Shown: positions 10,081 through 18,280, counted from the stretch's first letter. The stretch: 32,000 bases of DNA from Candidatus Methanoperedens sp. (GCA_041494705.1 JBGQBI010000006.1:169559-201558); one strand, 5' to 3'. The notes: generated by a model not told the origin, from the sequence alone. Numbers and translations are program-made.

Positions 10081-10817
10081 AGATTACCCTGCTTGGAACA
10101 GGCGATGCCGTTGGTACGCCAAAGCTTGGGTGTTCCTGCCCAACATGTCTGGACGCACATGCGGGAGGAAAAAGCAGGAGGCTTCGGTTTTCCATACTTG
10201 TGGAATCGGATAATGGCAGGCTTTTAATCGATACGAGTCCTGACCTTCGATGGCAGCTTTTGAAAAAAGGCATAAGCCGCGTTGACGGGGTAATCTGGAC
10301 GCACCCGCATTACGACCATTATGCCGGGTTCGGGGATTTTTACAGGGTACAGAACGATGTCAACGTTTACGGACTCACAAGAACCCTTGATTATATAATG
10401 AATTACCTGTCTTTTATGAAGCCAAGAAGGCATGACGTGAACTTTTATGAGCCTTTTGAGTTAATCGGTCTTAGCATAACCATGCTTGAAGTCACGCACC
10501 CTCCTGTAGAAGAATCGGCGGGCGTGCTGCTGACTTTTGGAGACCGAAAGATTGTGATAACAGGCGACACCACAAGGAACATCCCCAGTAAAAGCCTTAA
10601 TCTGATGTTCAGGCCTGACCTCCTTATTGCGGACGCAATAATCCCGCCAAGGGGAACAATCCCCAAACACATGAACGCCGGGGAAGCGATGGACCTCGCT
10701 TCGGAATTGCAGGCAAAGACAGTCGTGCTTACCCATATGAGCCATATTTTCCCGCCTCATGATGAAGCCGTCAAGCAATGGCCTCTGGGTTATGACGGCA
10801 TGGAGTTTGAATTTTAA
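10077..10817 (+). CDS. MBL-fold metallo-hydrolase (PhnP/COG1235-like)
   Basis: 246 aa with HPHYDHYAG (HxHxDH) and an N-terminal CSCPTC cluster as in PhnP-like members. It has an ATGA start/stop overlap with the AAA ATPase gene. Confidence 0.85.
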   Translation: MKITLLGTGDAVGTPKLGCSCPTCLDAHAGGKSRRLRFSILVESDNGRLLIDTSPDLRWQLLKKGISRVDGVIWTHPHYDHYAGFGDFYRVQNDVNVYGLTRTLDYIMNYLSFMKPRRHDVNFYEPFELIGLSITMLEVTHPPVEESAGVLLTFGDRKIVITGDTTRNIPSKSLNLMFRPDLLIADAIIPPRGTIPKHMNAGEAMDLASELQAKTVVLTHMSHIFPPHDEAVKQWPLGYDGMEFEF

Positions 10818-10984
10818 TATTTTTGCCCGGGGGTTGCATATCCCGGATAAACTGCCGTTCTTATTTTAGTCTATGCAGAAACTATATTAAATAAATCAGC
10901 TATTTTGTATACGCTTCTTCAAACTCAAAGAACAGGTGAATACATCTGGGGTGCAGGAAGTTAAAATCGAAACAAGGTATTAAA

Positions 10985-11554
10985 ATGGAAACCACGCCTA
11001 CAAATTTCAATGTAAAGGACATGAACGAGAACTCAAAAAACGTCAACGCCACTCTTAAGGTAATCGAAATAGGAGAGGTCAAGGACATACATTCAAAATT
11101 CGGAGATAAACGCGTCTGTGAAGTAAAAGTAGCCGATGCGACCGGAAGTATATTATTATCTTTATGGGATGACCAGATCGGAAAAATAGCGGCCGGTGAT
11201 ACGATATCAATCCAGAACGGTTATATTTCAGTCGTCAGGAATTCCATGAGATTGAACATAGGAAAATACGGGAAGATGCTGTTATCCGAAGAACCGCTCA
11301 CCGAGGTCAATACCGAACTCAATATTTCGGATAAGCATGTGGAACAGCCCGAGCGGCCAAGGAGCAGCGGCGGATACGGCGGTGGAGGCGGCAGCGGGGG
11401 CGGAGGACGAGGCGGTGGAGGCGGGTACGGCAGCATGTACGGCAGCGGCACTGAGTTTAGCGGATTCAGGCGAAGCGGATACGGCGGTGGAGGCGGCAGC
11501 GGGGGCGGTAGAAAGGATTCGCGGGATAAAAAAGGCGGCAGAGGAAGAAGGTAA
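10985..11554 (+). CDS. Single-OB-fold ssDNA/RNA-binding protein (SSB-like) with Gly/Arg/Tyr-rich C-terminal tail
   Basis: The N-terminal ~115 aa form an OB-fold pattern (ATLKVIEIGEVKD.....VCEVKVADATGSILLSLWDDQ...GDTISIQNGY). The C-terminal ~70 aa are GGYGGGGGSGGGGRGGGGGYG...GRGRR. Confidence 0.7.
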   Translation: METTPTNFNVKDMNENSKNVNATLKVIEIGEVKDIHSKFGDKRVCEVKVADATGSILLSLWDDQIGKIAAGDTISIQNGYISVVRNSMRLNIGKYGKMLLSEEPLTEVNTELNISDKHVEQPERPRSSGGYGGGGGSGGGGRGGGGGYGSMYGSGTEFSGFRRSGYGGGGGSGGGRKDSRDKKGGRGRR

Positions 11555-11560
11555 TACCCC

Positions 11561-11590
11561 TTCTTTTATTTTTTTATTATCATTTTTTAT
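11561..11590 (+). terminator. Oligo-T archaeal terminator after the SSB-like gene
   Basis: ttcttttatttttttattatcatttttt lies immediately after the stop codon (11552-11554) and contains multiple T5-T7 runs. Confidence 0.4.
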
Positions 11591-11613
11591 AGTCAGCAGT
11601 ATATTAGTAATTG

Positions 11614-12483
11614 ATGCTTGAAAGTATTTCAGAAACGTTTCTTAACATCACAAATAAAGAATTTCGGGTTCTCATTGCTATCGAGAACAAAATGAAATTC
11701 TATGAATGGGTTCCTATTGAAGAAATTGCCGGTTTTACAAATTATGAGTTAAAAGAAGTCAGTTACATCCTTTCAAATCTTGCAGTAAATAAGCTTATAC
11801 ACAGGAATATCCAGGCGTATGAAGGGTACAGGATATATTTTGAGGCTTATGACCTGCTGGCGCTGAATGCGTTTGTGAAAAGGGGTTCAGTAAATGCATT
11901 AGGGGATGAAATCGGGATTGGCAAGGAATCAGTTGTATATGAGGCTACAGGTGGAATCATCGACCGGCATGTGGTCATAAAATTCCACAGGGAAGGAAAG
12001 ATGAGTTTCAAAAATGTCAGGATAAAAAGAGAACACATCGGGGAGCGAAAACACCTTTCCTGGCTTTATGCCTCGCGCCTTGCTGCAAAACGGGAATATG
12101 ATGCCTTAAAAACCCTTTATCCTGAGGTGAGCGTCCCCGAGCCTGTTGATTATAACAGGCACGCAATCGTGATGTCCGTGGCAAAAGGAGAGGAGCTTGC
12201 CCATACAAAGATAGACGAGCCGGACTGGTATCTTGATGAGATATTAAACCAGGTGAGAAAAGCATACAGGCTCGGTATAATCCATGGAGACCTGAGTGAA
12301 TTTAATATATTCGTCAATCCCGAAGGATGCGAACTTATCGACTGGCCGCAATACATTACACCATCTCATGCGAATGCCACAGAATTGCTTTATCGTGATA
12401 TTGACAACGTCCTCTCCTTTTTTAACAGGAAATACAGGATTAAAAGGGATATTCAGGAAGTGATTAACTCCATAGTGGCCTGA
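11614..12483 (+). CDS. rio2: RIO-type serine kinase, Rio2 subfamily (N-terminal winged helix + RIO domain)
   Basis: An N-terminal wHTH is followed by a RIO domain with GIGKESVVYEA (P-loop-like), VIKFHR, and the catalytic/metal loop IIHGDLSEFNI...IDWPQ. A TTTTTTATA box lies about 25 nt upstream of ATG 11614. Confidence 0.88.
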   Translation: MLESISETFLNITNKEFRVLIAIENKMKFYEWVPIEEIAGFTNYELKEVSYILSNLAVNKLIHRNIQAYEGYRIYFEAYDLLALNAFVKRGSVNALGDEIGIGKESVVYEATGGIIDRHVVIKFHREGKMSFKNVRIKREHIGERKHLSWLYASRLAAKREYDALKTLYPEVSVPEPVDYNRHAIVMSVAKGEELAHTKIDEPDWYLDEILNQVRKAYRLGIIHGDLSEFNIFVNPEGCELIDWPQYITPSHANATELLYRDIDNVLSFFNRKYRIKRDIQEVINSIVA

Positions 12484-12485
12484 TT

Positions 12486-14459
12486 ATGCAGGAAAATGTT
12501 ATTTTTGGGATAGATATCGCAAAAGGTTCAGTCCGGGCTAAAGAAGAGCCGAGGTATGCTGTTGTAATCCTTAAGGGGAACGAAGCCGAGCATCACCGTA
12601 TGGTAAGCAGGCAGAAATTGCTCAGGATGGCATGGCAGGAAAAACCGGCTTTAATCGCGGTTGATAATATTTTCGAGCTTGCTTCTGGTAAGCATGAGCT
12701 TGCATCAATTCTTTCGAAATTGCCTGCGAACACAAAACTCATCCAGGTAACAGGCGGAGAAAACCTTCTGCCCCTTGTAAAACTTGCAAAACAGCAGGGC
12801 ATCTCTTTTGACAGGTTCGACCCCAATGCGGAAGCCCTTGCCTGCGCCAGGCTTGCCGGGATGGGTATAGGATATGAGGTTTCGGCTTTTGAGGATAAAA
12901 CAATAATAAAAGTCAGCAGGGCGCGCTCACCCGGCAGGGGAGGATGGAGCCAGAACAGGTACAGGCGCAAGATGCACGGCTATGTGAGGCAAAAGGCAAG
13001 GGAAATAGAGGATTACCTGAATGAGCAATCAAAGACAAGAGGATTCACATTCACTCAGGATGTAACCGAAAGATTCGGCGGGTACTCAAAATCCGAGTTC
13101 TTCGTGGACGCGCCCCGAAATCAGGTTCATATCGGTTCAGGAAAATACGGCGATGTGCAGGTGAATGTCAGGAGCATAGAACGTGATGCTCTCTTTTTTA
13201 AACCGCTCAAAACACGGAAAAGGGATTATATTATCGTGGGCATCGACCCCGGTACAACAACTGCCATAGCTGTCGTGACGCTTGAAGGCGAACTCCGGAT
13301 GCTCTACAGTTCAAGAACAATCTCAATCCCGGATGTTATCGAAATGATTGCCGAACAGGGAAGACCGCTGATTATCGCAAGCGATGTATTCCCGACCCCG
13401 AACGCAGTTGAAAAAATCCGGCGCGCATTCAACGCAGTATCGGGCTCGCCGGATGTTATCCTGACAGCCGGGGATAAAATTGAGTTAGCAACGCCTTACG
13501 GGTATTCAAATAACCATGAGCGCGATGCCATAGCCGCTGCTGCATCGTTCTATCGTAAGAATAAGAATAAGTTTGAACAGATTAAGAAAAAAACACCTCA
13601 TGGAATGGATGCTGATGAAGTTATTGCGCAGGTTGTCAGGGGTAAGGCTGTAGATGCTGCAATACTGGAGCTGACCAAAAAAGAAACAAAAGCGCCGGAG
13701 GTCGCTCAAGTTCCCTTGAAAATGGAGGAAGAATCCCTTCATTTCAGGGAACTAATCAGAAAATATGAGGAAAGCATTGAGGAAATGAAAAAGTACCAGG
13801 ATGAATTGAAAACTGAACTTGATACTAAAGATGAAGAACTTAAAAAACTTGGGGAGCTCATCGAAAAACAGAGGTCTGAAGCGTATAAACAATTTAAAAA
13901 AGAAAAAATCGTACTGGTTCGTGATAAAGAGATTGCGCACCTGCGGAAGCGGCTATCGGAAAACAATAAGAAAATTTCATATTTAAACGAAAGGATACAT
14001 AGACTGAAACATATCCGCAGGCTTGAAATAAGCGGCAGGGCGCTCCCTGTAAAGATAATATCCGCATTTACAAAAGACAGCATCCTGAAGACACAGGAAG
14101 AGGTGGGAATTAAAAAAGACGATATAATACTCCTCAAAGATGCAAGCGGCGGCGGGAGTATTACTGCCAAAATGCTCTCTGACATGGGTGTTCGGGCTAT
14201 TATAATCTGCAACGATATGTCCCATGCGGCAGAAGAGGAACTTTTCAATCTTGGCATGCCTGTTTTAAAAGCAAAGGATGTGAATATCCAGTTCGACCCT
14301 GCCGGCGAGCTTGCTGTGATCAACCCTGATGATATTAAGAATTCGATTGAAGAGTGGAAAAGGAGGGCAGAACAGAGAAAGACAGCCGCCAAAGAGGAGT
14401 GGCTCAGGTCGCTTGTGGATGAATATAGGAGTGAAAGGCGGCGCAAGGTTAATGGATGA
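12486..14459 (+). CDS. DUF460 / COG2433-type protein (RNase H/RuvC-like fold nuclease candidate with long coiled coil)
   Basis: 657 aa. IVGIDPGTTTAIAVV resembles the first acidic motif of RNase H-fold nucleases. Residues ~400-510 are a K/E-rich coiled coil. It starts 2 nt after the rio2 stop. Confidence 0.75.
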   Translation: MQENVIFGIDIAKGSVRAKEEPRYAVVILKGNEAEHHRMVSRQKLLRMAWQEKPALIAVDNIFELASGKHELASILSKLPANTKLIQVTGGENLLPLVKLAKQQGISFDRFDPNAEALACARLAGMGIGYEVSAFEDKTIIKVSRARSPGRGGWSQNRYRRKMHGYVRQKAREIEDYLNEQSKTRGFTFTQDVTERFGGYSKSEFFVDAPRNQVHIGSGKYGDVQVNVRSIERDALFFKPLKTRKRDYIIVGIDPGTTTAIAVVTLEGELRMLYSSRTISIPDVIEMIAEQGRPLIIASDVFPTPNAVEKIRRAFNAVSGSPDVILTAGDKIELATPYGYSNNHERDAIAAAASFYRKNKNKFEQIKKKTPHGMDADEVIAQVVRGKAVDAAILELTKKETKAPEVAQVPLKMEEESLHFRELIRKYEESIEEMKKYQDELKTELDTKDEELKKLGELIEKQRSEAYKQFKKEKIVLVRDKEIAHLRKRLSENNKKISYLNERIHRLKHIRRLEISGRALPVKIISAFTKDSILKTQEEVGIKKDDIILLKDASGGGSITAKMLSDMGVRAIIICNDMSHAAEEELFNLGMPVLKAKDVNIQFDPAGELAVINPDDIKNSIEEWKRRAEQRKTAAKEEWLRSLVDEYRSERRRKVNG

Positions 14460-14461
14460 TT

Positions 14462-14479
14462 ACTTTTTTATATTTTTTG
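14462..14479 (+). terminator. Oligo-T terminator after DUF460 gene
   Basis: acttttttatattttttg contains two T6 runs directly after the stop at 14459. Confidence 0.4.
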
Positions 14480-14556
14480 GCATTCTGAAAGGATAAGTTT
14501 AAGTATTTTGCTGATATGGGGGGAATAATAATAGGTTGATGATAGGAGTACTTCAT

Positions 14557-15519
14557 ATGCGATTTAAAAACGTTTCAAGGATTACAGGAATATTTTTTGT
14601 GCTGGTAACGTTATCCATACTGCAGTTGTTTGTTCAGCCTGCGACAGCGGCAGCGCCAAATTTGCCCAACAACTCTTGTGCAGATTGCCATCGCAGATTG
14701 CTTTTTAGTACAGAAGAACAGAGACAATTTATCGATATACGTATCAAGCATCTTGAAAGCGGCATTTCATGCTCCATAGTGTGCCATGAGGATAAACTAA
14801 ACAAGACCACTGCCAGTACCTATGCTTTGTGGTCTATATCCACGCATGCCCTTTTTGATGTAACATGCGAAAAATGCCATGGCGGCAACGCATCTGCAGT
14901 ATCAAAGCAGGAAGCACATGTGGGTTTATCAAATATCAGCATCGCACGTGCCAATACACCAGAAACATGCGGAAAATGCCATCAGGCCGAACTTGGAGAA
15001 TTCAAGAGCTCAAAACATTTTATGAAATTAGAATCGGGTGAAGAAGGGCCTGCCCCGGCATGCATCACATGCCACCAGGCGCACAGCGTGCGTGTCCTGA
15101 CGGCTTCTGAAATTGAGGATTTCTGCAGTAATTGCCATAATAATATAACAGGCATCGACCCGACCGTACCTAAAAAAGCAGAAAACGCATTATCTTCTGT
15201 TGGTGAATTGCGGGTTGAAATTTCAAAAGCCAGAAGCGCAATAAATACTGCAAAAGCAAAAAAATTGGATGTGACCCAGGCAGAAGTAAATCTGGATTCG
15301 GCAATGACAATCCTCAAAGATACCCCCTCGGTGTGGCACAGGTTTAATTTGACCTTTTTTGATACTGAAGTCCAAAAAGGCATCGCAGAAGCACAAAAAG
15401 CTACGAATGCAACGTCAAATGCTCAGGCAACTCCAGCAACTACGAAAGCACCCGGATTTGGGGCAGCCCTTTTTGTAATTGGGCTGTTTGTTGCATATTT
15501 CCTGAAAAGGTCTAGGTGA
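14557..15519 (+). CDS. Hexahaem c-type cytochrome with signal peptide and PGF-CTERM anchor (paralogue 1)
   Basis: It has five CxxCH motifs (CADCH, CEKCH, CGKCH, CITCH, CSNCH) and one CxxxCH (CSIVCH). The signal peptide ends ..QPATA/AAP. The C-terminus is PGFGAALFVIGLFVAYFLKRSR. An AGGAG Shine-Dalgarno lies about 10 nt before ATG 14557; the track start at 14536 is a TTG upstream. Confidence 0.9.
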   Translation: MRFKNVSRITGIFFVLVTLSILQLFVQPATAAAPNLPNNSCADCHRRLLFSTEEQRQFIDIRIKHLESGISCSIVCHEDKLNKTTASTYALWSISTHALFDVTCEKCHGGNASAVSKQEAHVGLSNISIARANTPETCGKCHQAELGEFKSSKHFMKLESGEEGPAPACITCHQAHSVRVLTASEIEDFCSNCHNNITGIDPTVPKKAENALSSVGELRVEISKARSAINTAKAKKLDVTQAEVNLDSAMTILKDTPSVWHRFNLTFFDTEVQKGIAEAQKATNATSNAQATPATTKAPGFGAALFVIGLFVAYFLKRSR

Positions 15520-15550
15520 ATCAAGGTGAAACTGACATAAGGAGGCAGAA

Positions 15551-16477
15551 ATGAACTTCAAAAAACCATATTTATTCGTTATTACACTTTTATTAGCTAT
15601 TATATTCGTACCTCTGGCTTTAGCAGATAATTCATGTTTAAATTGTCATGAAAAACTTTCTGCGTTTAATGAGACAGAACAACAATTCAATGAAATAAGA
15701 TTACAGCATCTGGGGCGGGACATACCATGTTCTCTTCAATGCCATACCGCAACCCTCAATAATTTTGCTCAAAGTAATTATTTACAGTGGACAAAATCCA
15801 AACATGCGCTGTTCAATGTCACATGTAATAATTGTCATGGAGGCAATCCGGATTCAGATATAAAAGAAACGGCGCATATCGGGATTTTAAGGTCTTCTGA
15901 TCCCAACAGCACTGTTTTTTACAGGAATGTGCCTGAAACATGCGGAAAATGTCATACTAATGAATTAACCCAGTTCAAGAATTCTGCGCATTATCAGAAA
16001 TTGAAAGCACTTCAGCAGGCTCCCACGTGTGATACCTGCCACAAACCGCATGAGTTCAAGATTCTGAATATAAGCGAATTCCACAATCTTTGCAGCCAGT
16101 GCCATAATATCGATATGAGAATTGCCCCATCGGATGCTCCCGATAGAGCTATCACCGCGCTTCAGAATGCAGATAAATTGACGAATGAGATAAAACTGGC
16201 CTATAATGATATACAGCAGGCAAAACAGAAAGGGATAGACGTATCGGCTGCACAGAACGATCTTAACGGCGCGATTTCAATCAGAGACGGCCTTCCGGTA
16301 CTCTGGCATGCATTTGACCTGCCATCATTCGGAAATGTAATCGATAGCGGAATAGCGGCTGCGCAGAAAGCACAGCAGGAATCCGGGGCGCCTGTGTCCA
16401 AACCAACTCCGGGATTTGGCATGATTGCCTCGATGACAGGAATTATTGCAATATACCTGCTCCTGCGCAGAAAGTGA
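15551..16477 (+). CDS. Hexahaem c-type cytochrome with signal peptide and PGF-CTERM anchor (paralogue 2)
   Basis: Its motif order matches paralogue 1: CLNCH, CSLQCH (CxxxCH), CNNCH, CGKCH, CDTCH, CSQCH. The C-terminus is PGFGMIASMTGIIAIYLLLRRK. An AGGAGG Shine-Dalgarno is present. Confidence 0.9.
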   Translation: MNFKKPYLFVITLLLAIIFVPLALADNSCLNCHEKLSAFNETEQQFNEIRLQHLGRDIPCSLQCHTATLNNFAQSNYLQWTKSKHALFNVTCNNCHGGNPDSDIKETAHIGILRSSDPNSTVFYRNVPETCGKCHTNELTQFKNSAHYQKLKALQQAPTCDTCHKPHEFKILNISEFHNLCSQCHNIDMRIAPSDAPDRAITALQNADKLTNEIKLAYNDIQQAKQKGIDVSAAQNDLNGAISIRDGLPVLWHAFDLPSFGNVIDSGIAAAQKAQQESGAPVSKPTPGFGMIASMTGIIAIYLLLRRK

Positions 16478-16490
16478 ATGAGGTGTATAT

Positions 16491-16835
16491 ATGAATAACA
16501 AACAATTGCAAATCTTTTTTTTGCTTGCGATAGTGCTCCTGTCGTATCTGCCATCCTTAACATCCGCAAGGCCTGAGTATGCGGTAAAAGAAAGCCGGAA
16601 TTGCCCGTATTGCCATTCACGGGACGGCCCTCCGCAGCTCAGTGAAGTTGGTATTTATTACGGAACACATAACCATTCATTCGTGGGTTATGTACCCTCT
16701 CCCAAAGCTACACCCACCCCCGAACCTACGAAAGAAATCGAGATAGGAATCCACATGAATACCTGGGATGTAGGTCTGAGCGCGATGGCCATTATTTTGC
16801 TGATATTGATTGTGGTTTACATTATACGGTTGTGA
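16491..16835 (+). CDS. Monohaem c-type cytochrome, signal peptide + C-terminal TM anchor
   Basis: 114 aa with a signal peptide (..LPSLTSA/RP), a single CPYCH motif, a TP-rich linker and a C-terminal hydrophobic helix. A GAGGTG Shine-Dalgarno is present. Confidence 0.75.
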   Translation: MNNKQLQIFFLLAIVLLSYLPSLTSARPEYAVKESRNCPYCHSRDGPPQLSEVGIYYGTHNHSFVGYVPSPKATPTPEPTKEIEIGIHMNTWDVGLSAMAIILLILIVVYIIRL

Positions 16836-16841
16836 GATAAT

Positions 16842-17117
16842 ATGCATATAGAGAAAATTGAATACGGACCGGAAAAAACAGGTATCTGGTCGCAGATAGC
16901 ATTTATTTTAATAATTTTACTGACACTCGCTGCTGCGGGAATTACAGGTGATATGGTCTGGAAGATTATATCCAGTGAACCTTCGGCGGCCTCGACGGAA
17001 TCATTCATAGCTGGGGTTGGAAAGCTGATGGCGTACCTCCTTTTCATCCTTGCAGCCATTTTGTATCTCTACGTAAAGGGATTGCTGCAGGATGAATACA
17101 TTACAACTCTGGAGTGA
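16842..17117 (+). CDS. Small membrane protein (two predicted TM helices), unknown function
   Basis: 91-aa ORF wedged 6 nt after the monohaem gene and 4 nt before the Rieske start. It has two ~20-residue hydrophobic stretches. No family was recognised. Confidence 0.5.
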   Translation: MHIEKIEYGPEKTGIWSQIAFILIILLTLAAAGITGDMVWKIISSEPSAASTESFIAGVGKLMAYLLFILAAILYLYVKGLLQDEYITTLE

Positions 17118-17121
17118 AAAC

Positions 17122-17616
17122 ATGGACGATAAAATCACTATTACCTTAACACGAAGGAAGCTCACAGAAATATTAATCGGTCTTGTTGCATTATTTTTCG
17201 CCTCGGGTGCGGTGGCGGCGGTATTGAAATACCTCTGGCCGCAAACCGAAGCAAAGGGTGAATCCGTAGAAGTAAGAATAGCAACGGTTGATGAAGTCCC
17301 GACAGGAAGTGCAAAAAATTTTGTTTTCAATGGCAAGGCTGCCGTCCTCCTGCACATGCCCGCCGGCTTTCGGGCATTCGGACGCGTATGCACTCACCTT
17401 GGCTGCATCGCCTCCTGGAAATCTGATGAGACTGTGATATATTGCCCCTGCCACATAGGGAAATACGACCCGAATACTGGTGCTGTAATCTCAGGACCAC
17501 CCCCATCTCCTTTACCAATGATAGATATTTCAGTAAAGGATGGCGCGGTTTACGCTCTCAACTGGAAAGATCCAAACTATGTGAAATCCATATCGTTCTA
17601 TGCGGGGGCGGCCTGA
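17122..17616 (+). CDS. Rieske [2Fe-2S] protein
   Basis: Box I is CTHLGC and box II is CPCHIGKYD. The N-terminal TRRKL plus hydrophobic helix resembles a Tat signal-anchor. GGAG lies 7 nt before ATG 17122; the track start at 17092 overlaps the previous ORF. Confidence 0.9.
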   Translation: MDDKITITLTRRKLTEILIGLVALFFASGAVAAVLKYLWPQTEAKGESVEVRIATVDEVPTGSAKNFVFNGKAAVLLHMPAGFRAFGRVCTHLGCIASWKSDETVIYCPCHIGKYDPNTGAVISGPPPSPLPMIDISVKDGAVYALNWKDPNYVKSISFYAGAA

Positions 17617-18279
17617 ATGTCATTCCTCGATAAGATCTACAAATGGCTCGATGACAGGTTCAAATTAAGAGACCTGCTGCCCCCCATAGTCAAGCATCCT
17701 GCGCCTGAAGATGTTATATCCAATCCACTTTATTGCCTTGGAGGGACAGCATTCCTGTGTTTCATAATTCTTGTTATTACGGGAATATTCCTGGCAATGT
17801 ACTACAAGCCCACTCCTGGAGAGGCATATAAGAGCGTCCAGACTATAATGACAACTGTCCCGATGGGTTCGCTTGTGAGAAGCGTGCATCACTGGGCTGC
17901 AAATACAATGATAGCGGCCGTGATGCTTCACATGATAAGGATTTATTTCATGGGCGCTTATAAGAAGCCCCGCGAATTGAACTGGGTGGTGGGAATATTC
18001 CTGCTCCTGACGGTTACCACCTTCGGTTTTTCAGGCTATCTTCTCCCGTGGGACCAGCTTTCTTTCTGGGCGACCAAGATCGGAACTGGCATAGCAGGCT
18101 CAATGCCGATAATAGGCGGGTATATCTCGTTAATCCTGATGGGAGGGAACGATATCGGCGCCGAGACGCTGACAAGGTTTTTTGCCATACATGTATTGAT
18201 TCTTCCCATGGCAATTGCAGGTCTACTGGGGATGCATTTCCTGATGGTCCGGATACAGGGAATTTCAGGGAGGCTCTAA
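17617..18279 (+). CDS. Cytochrome b, N-terminal (b6-type) subunit
   Basis: 220 aa. It has two His pairs for haems bL/bH (SVHHW..13..MLHM and FAIHV..13..GMHF). The b6-type YCLGG motif is present. The start codon abuts the Rieske stop. Confidence 0.92.
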   Translation: MSFLDKIYKWLDDRFKLRDLLPPIVKHPAPEDVISNPLYCLGGTAFLCFIILVITGIFLAMYYKPTPGEAYKSVQTIMTTVPMGSLVRSVHHWAANTMIAAVMLHMIRIYFMGAYKKPRELNWVVGIFLLLTVTTFGFSGYLLPWDQLSFWATKIGTGIAGSMPIIGGYISLILMGGNDIGAETLTRFFAIHVLILPMAIAGLLGMHFLMVRIQGISGRL

Positions 18280-18280
18280 T

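Noticed and set aside
10900-11088. 62-aa minus-strand ORF spanning the SSB promoter region and start
   Set aside because: It overlaps the well-supported SSB start on the opposite strand. It is an AT-rich, low-information sequence with no upstream signals.
11221-11621. ORFs 11221-11451 (-) (poly-Pro) and 11337-11621 (+) (Ala/Glu-rich) overlapping the SSB tail
   Set aside because: These are alternative-frame and antisense readings of the GGN-rich tail. The OB-fold frame is continuous with the Gly-rich tail and is the supported one.
13739-14446. 235-aa minus-strand ORF (and the 13752-13940 and 13983-14225 ORFs) inside the DUF460 gene
   Set aside because: It is the reverse complement of the K/E-rich coiled-coil coding region, which trivially yields long S/L/F-rich open frames.
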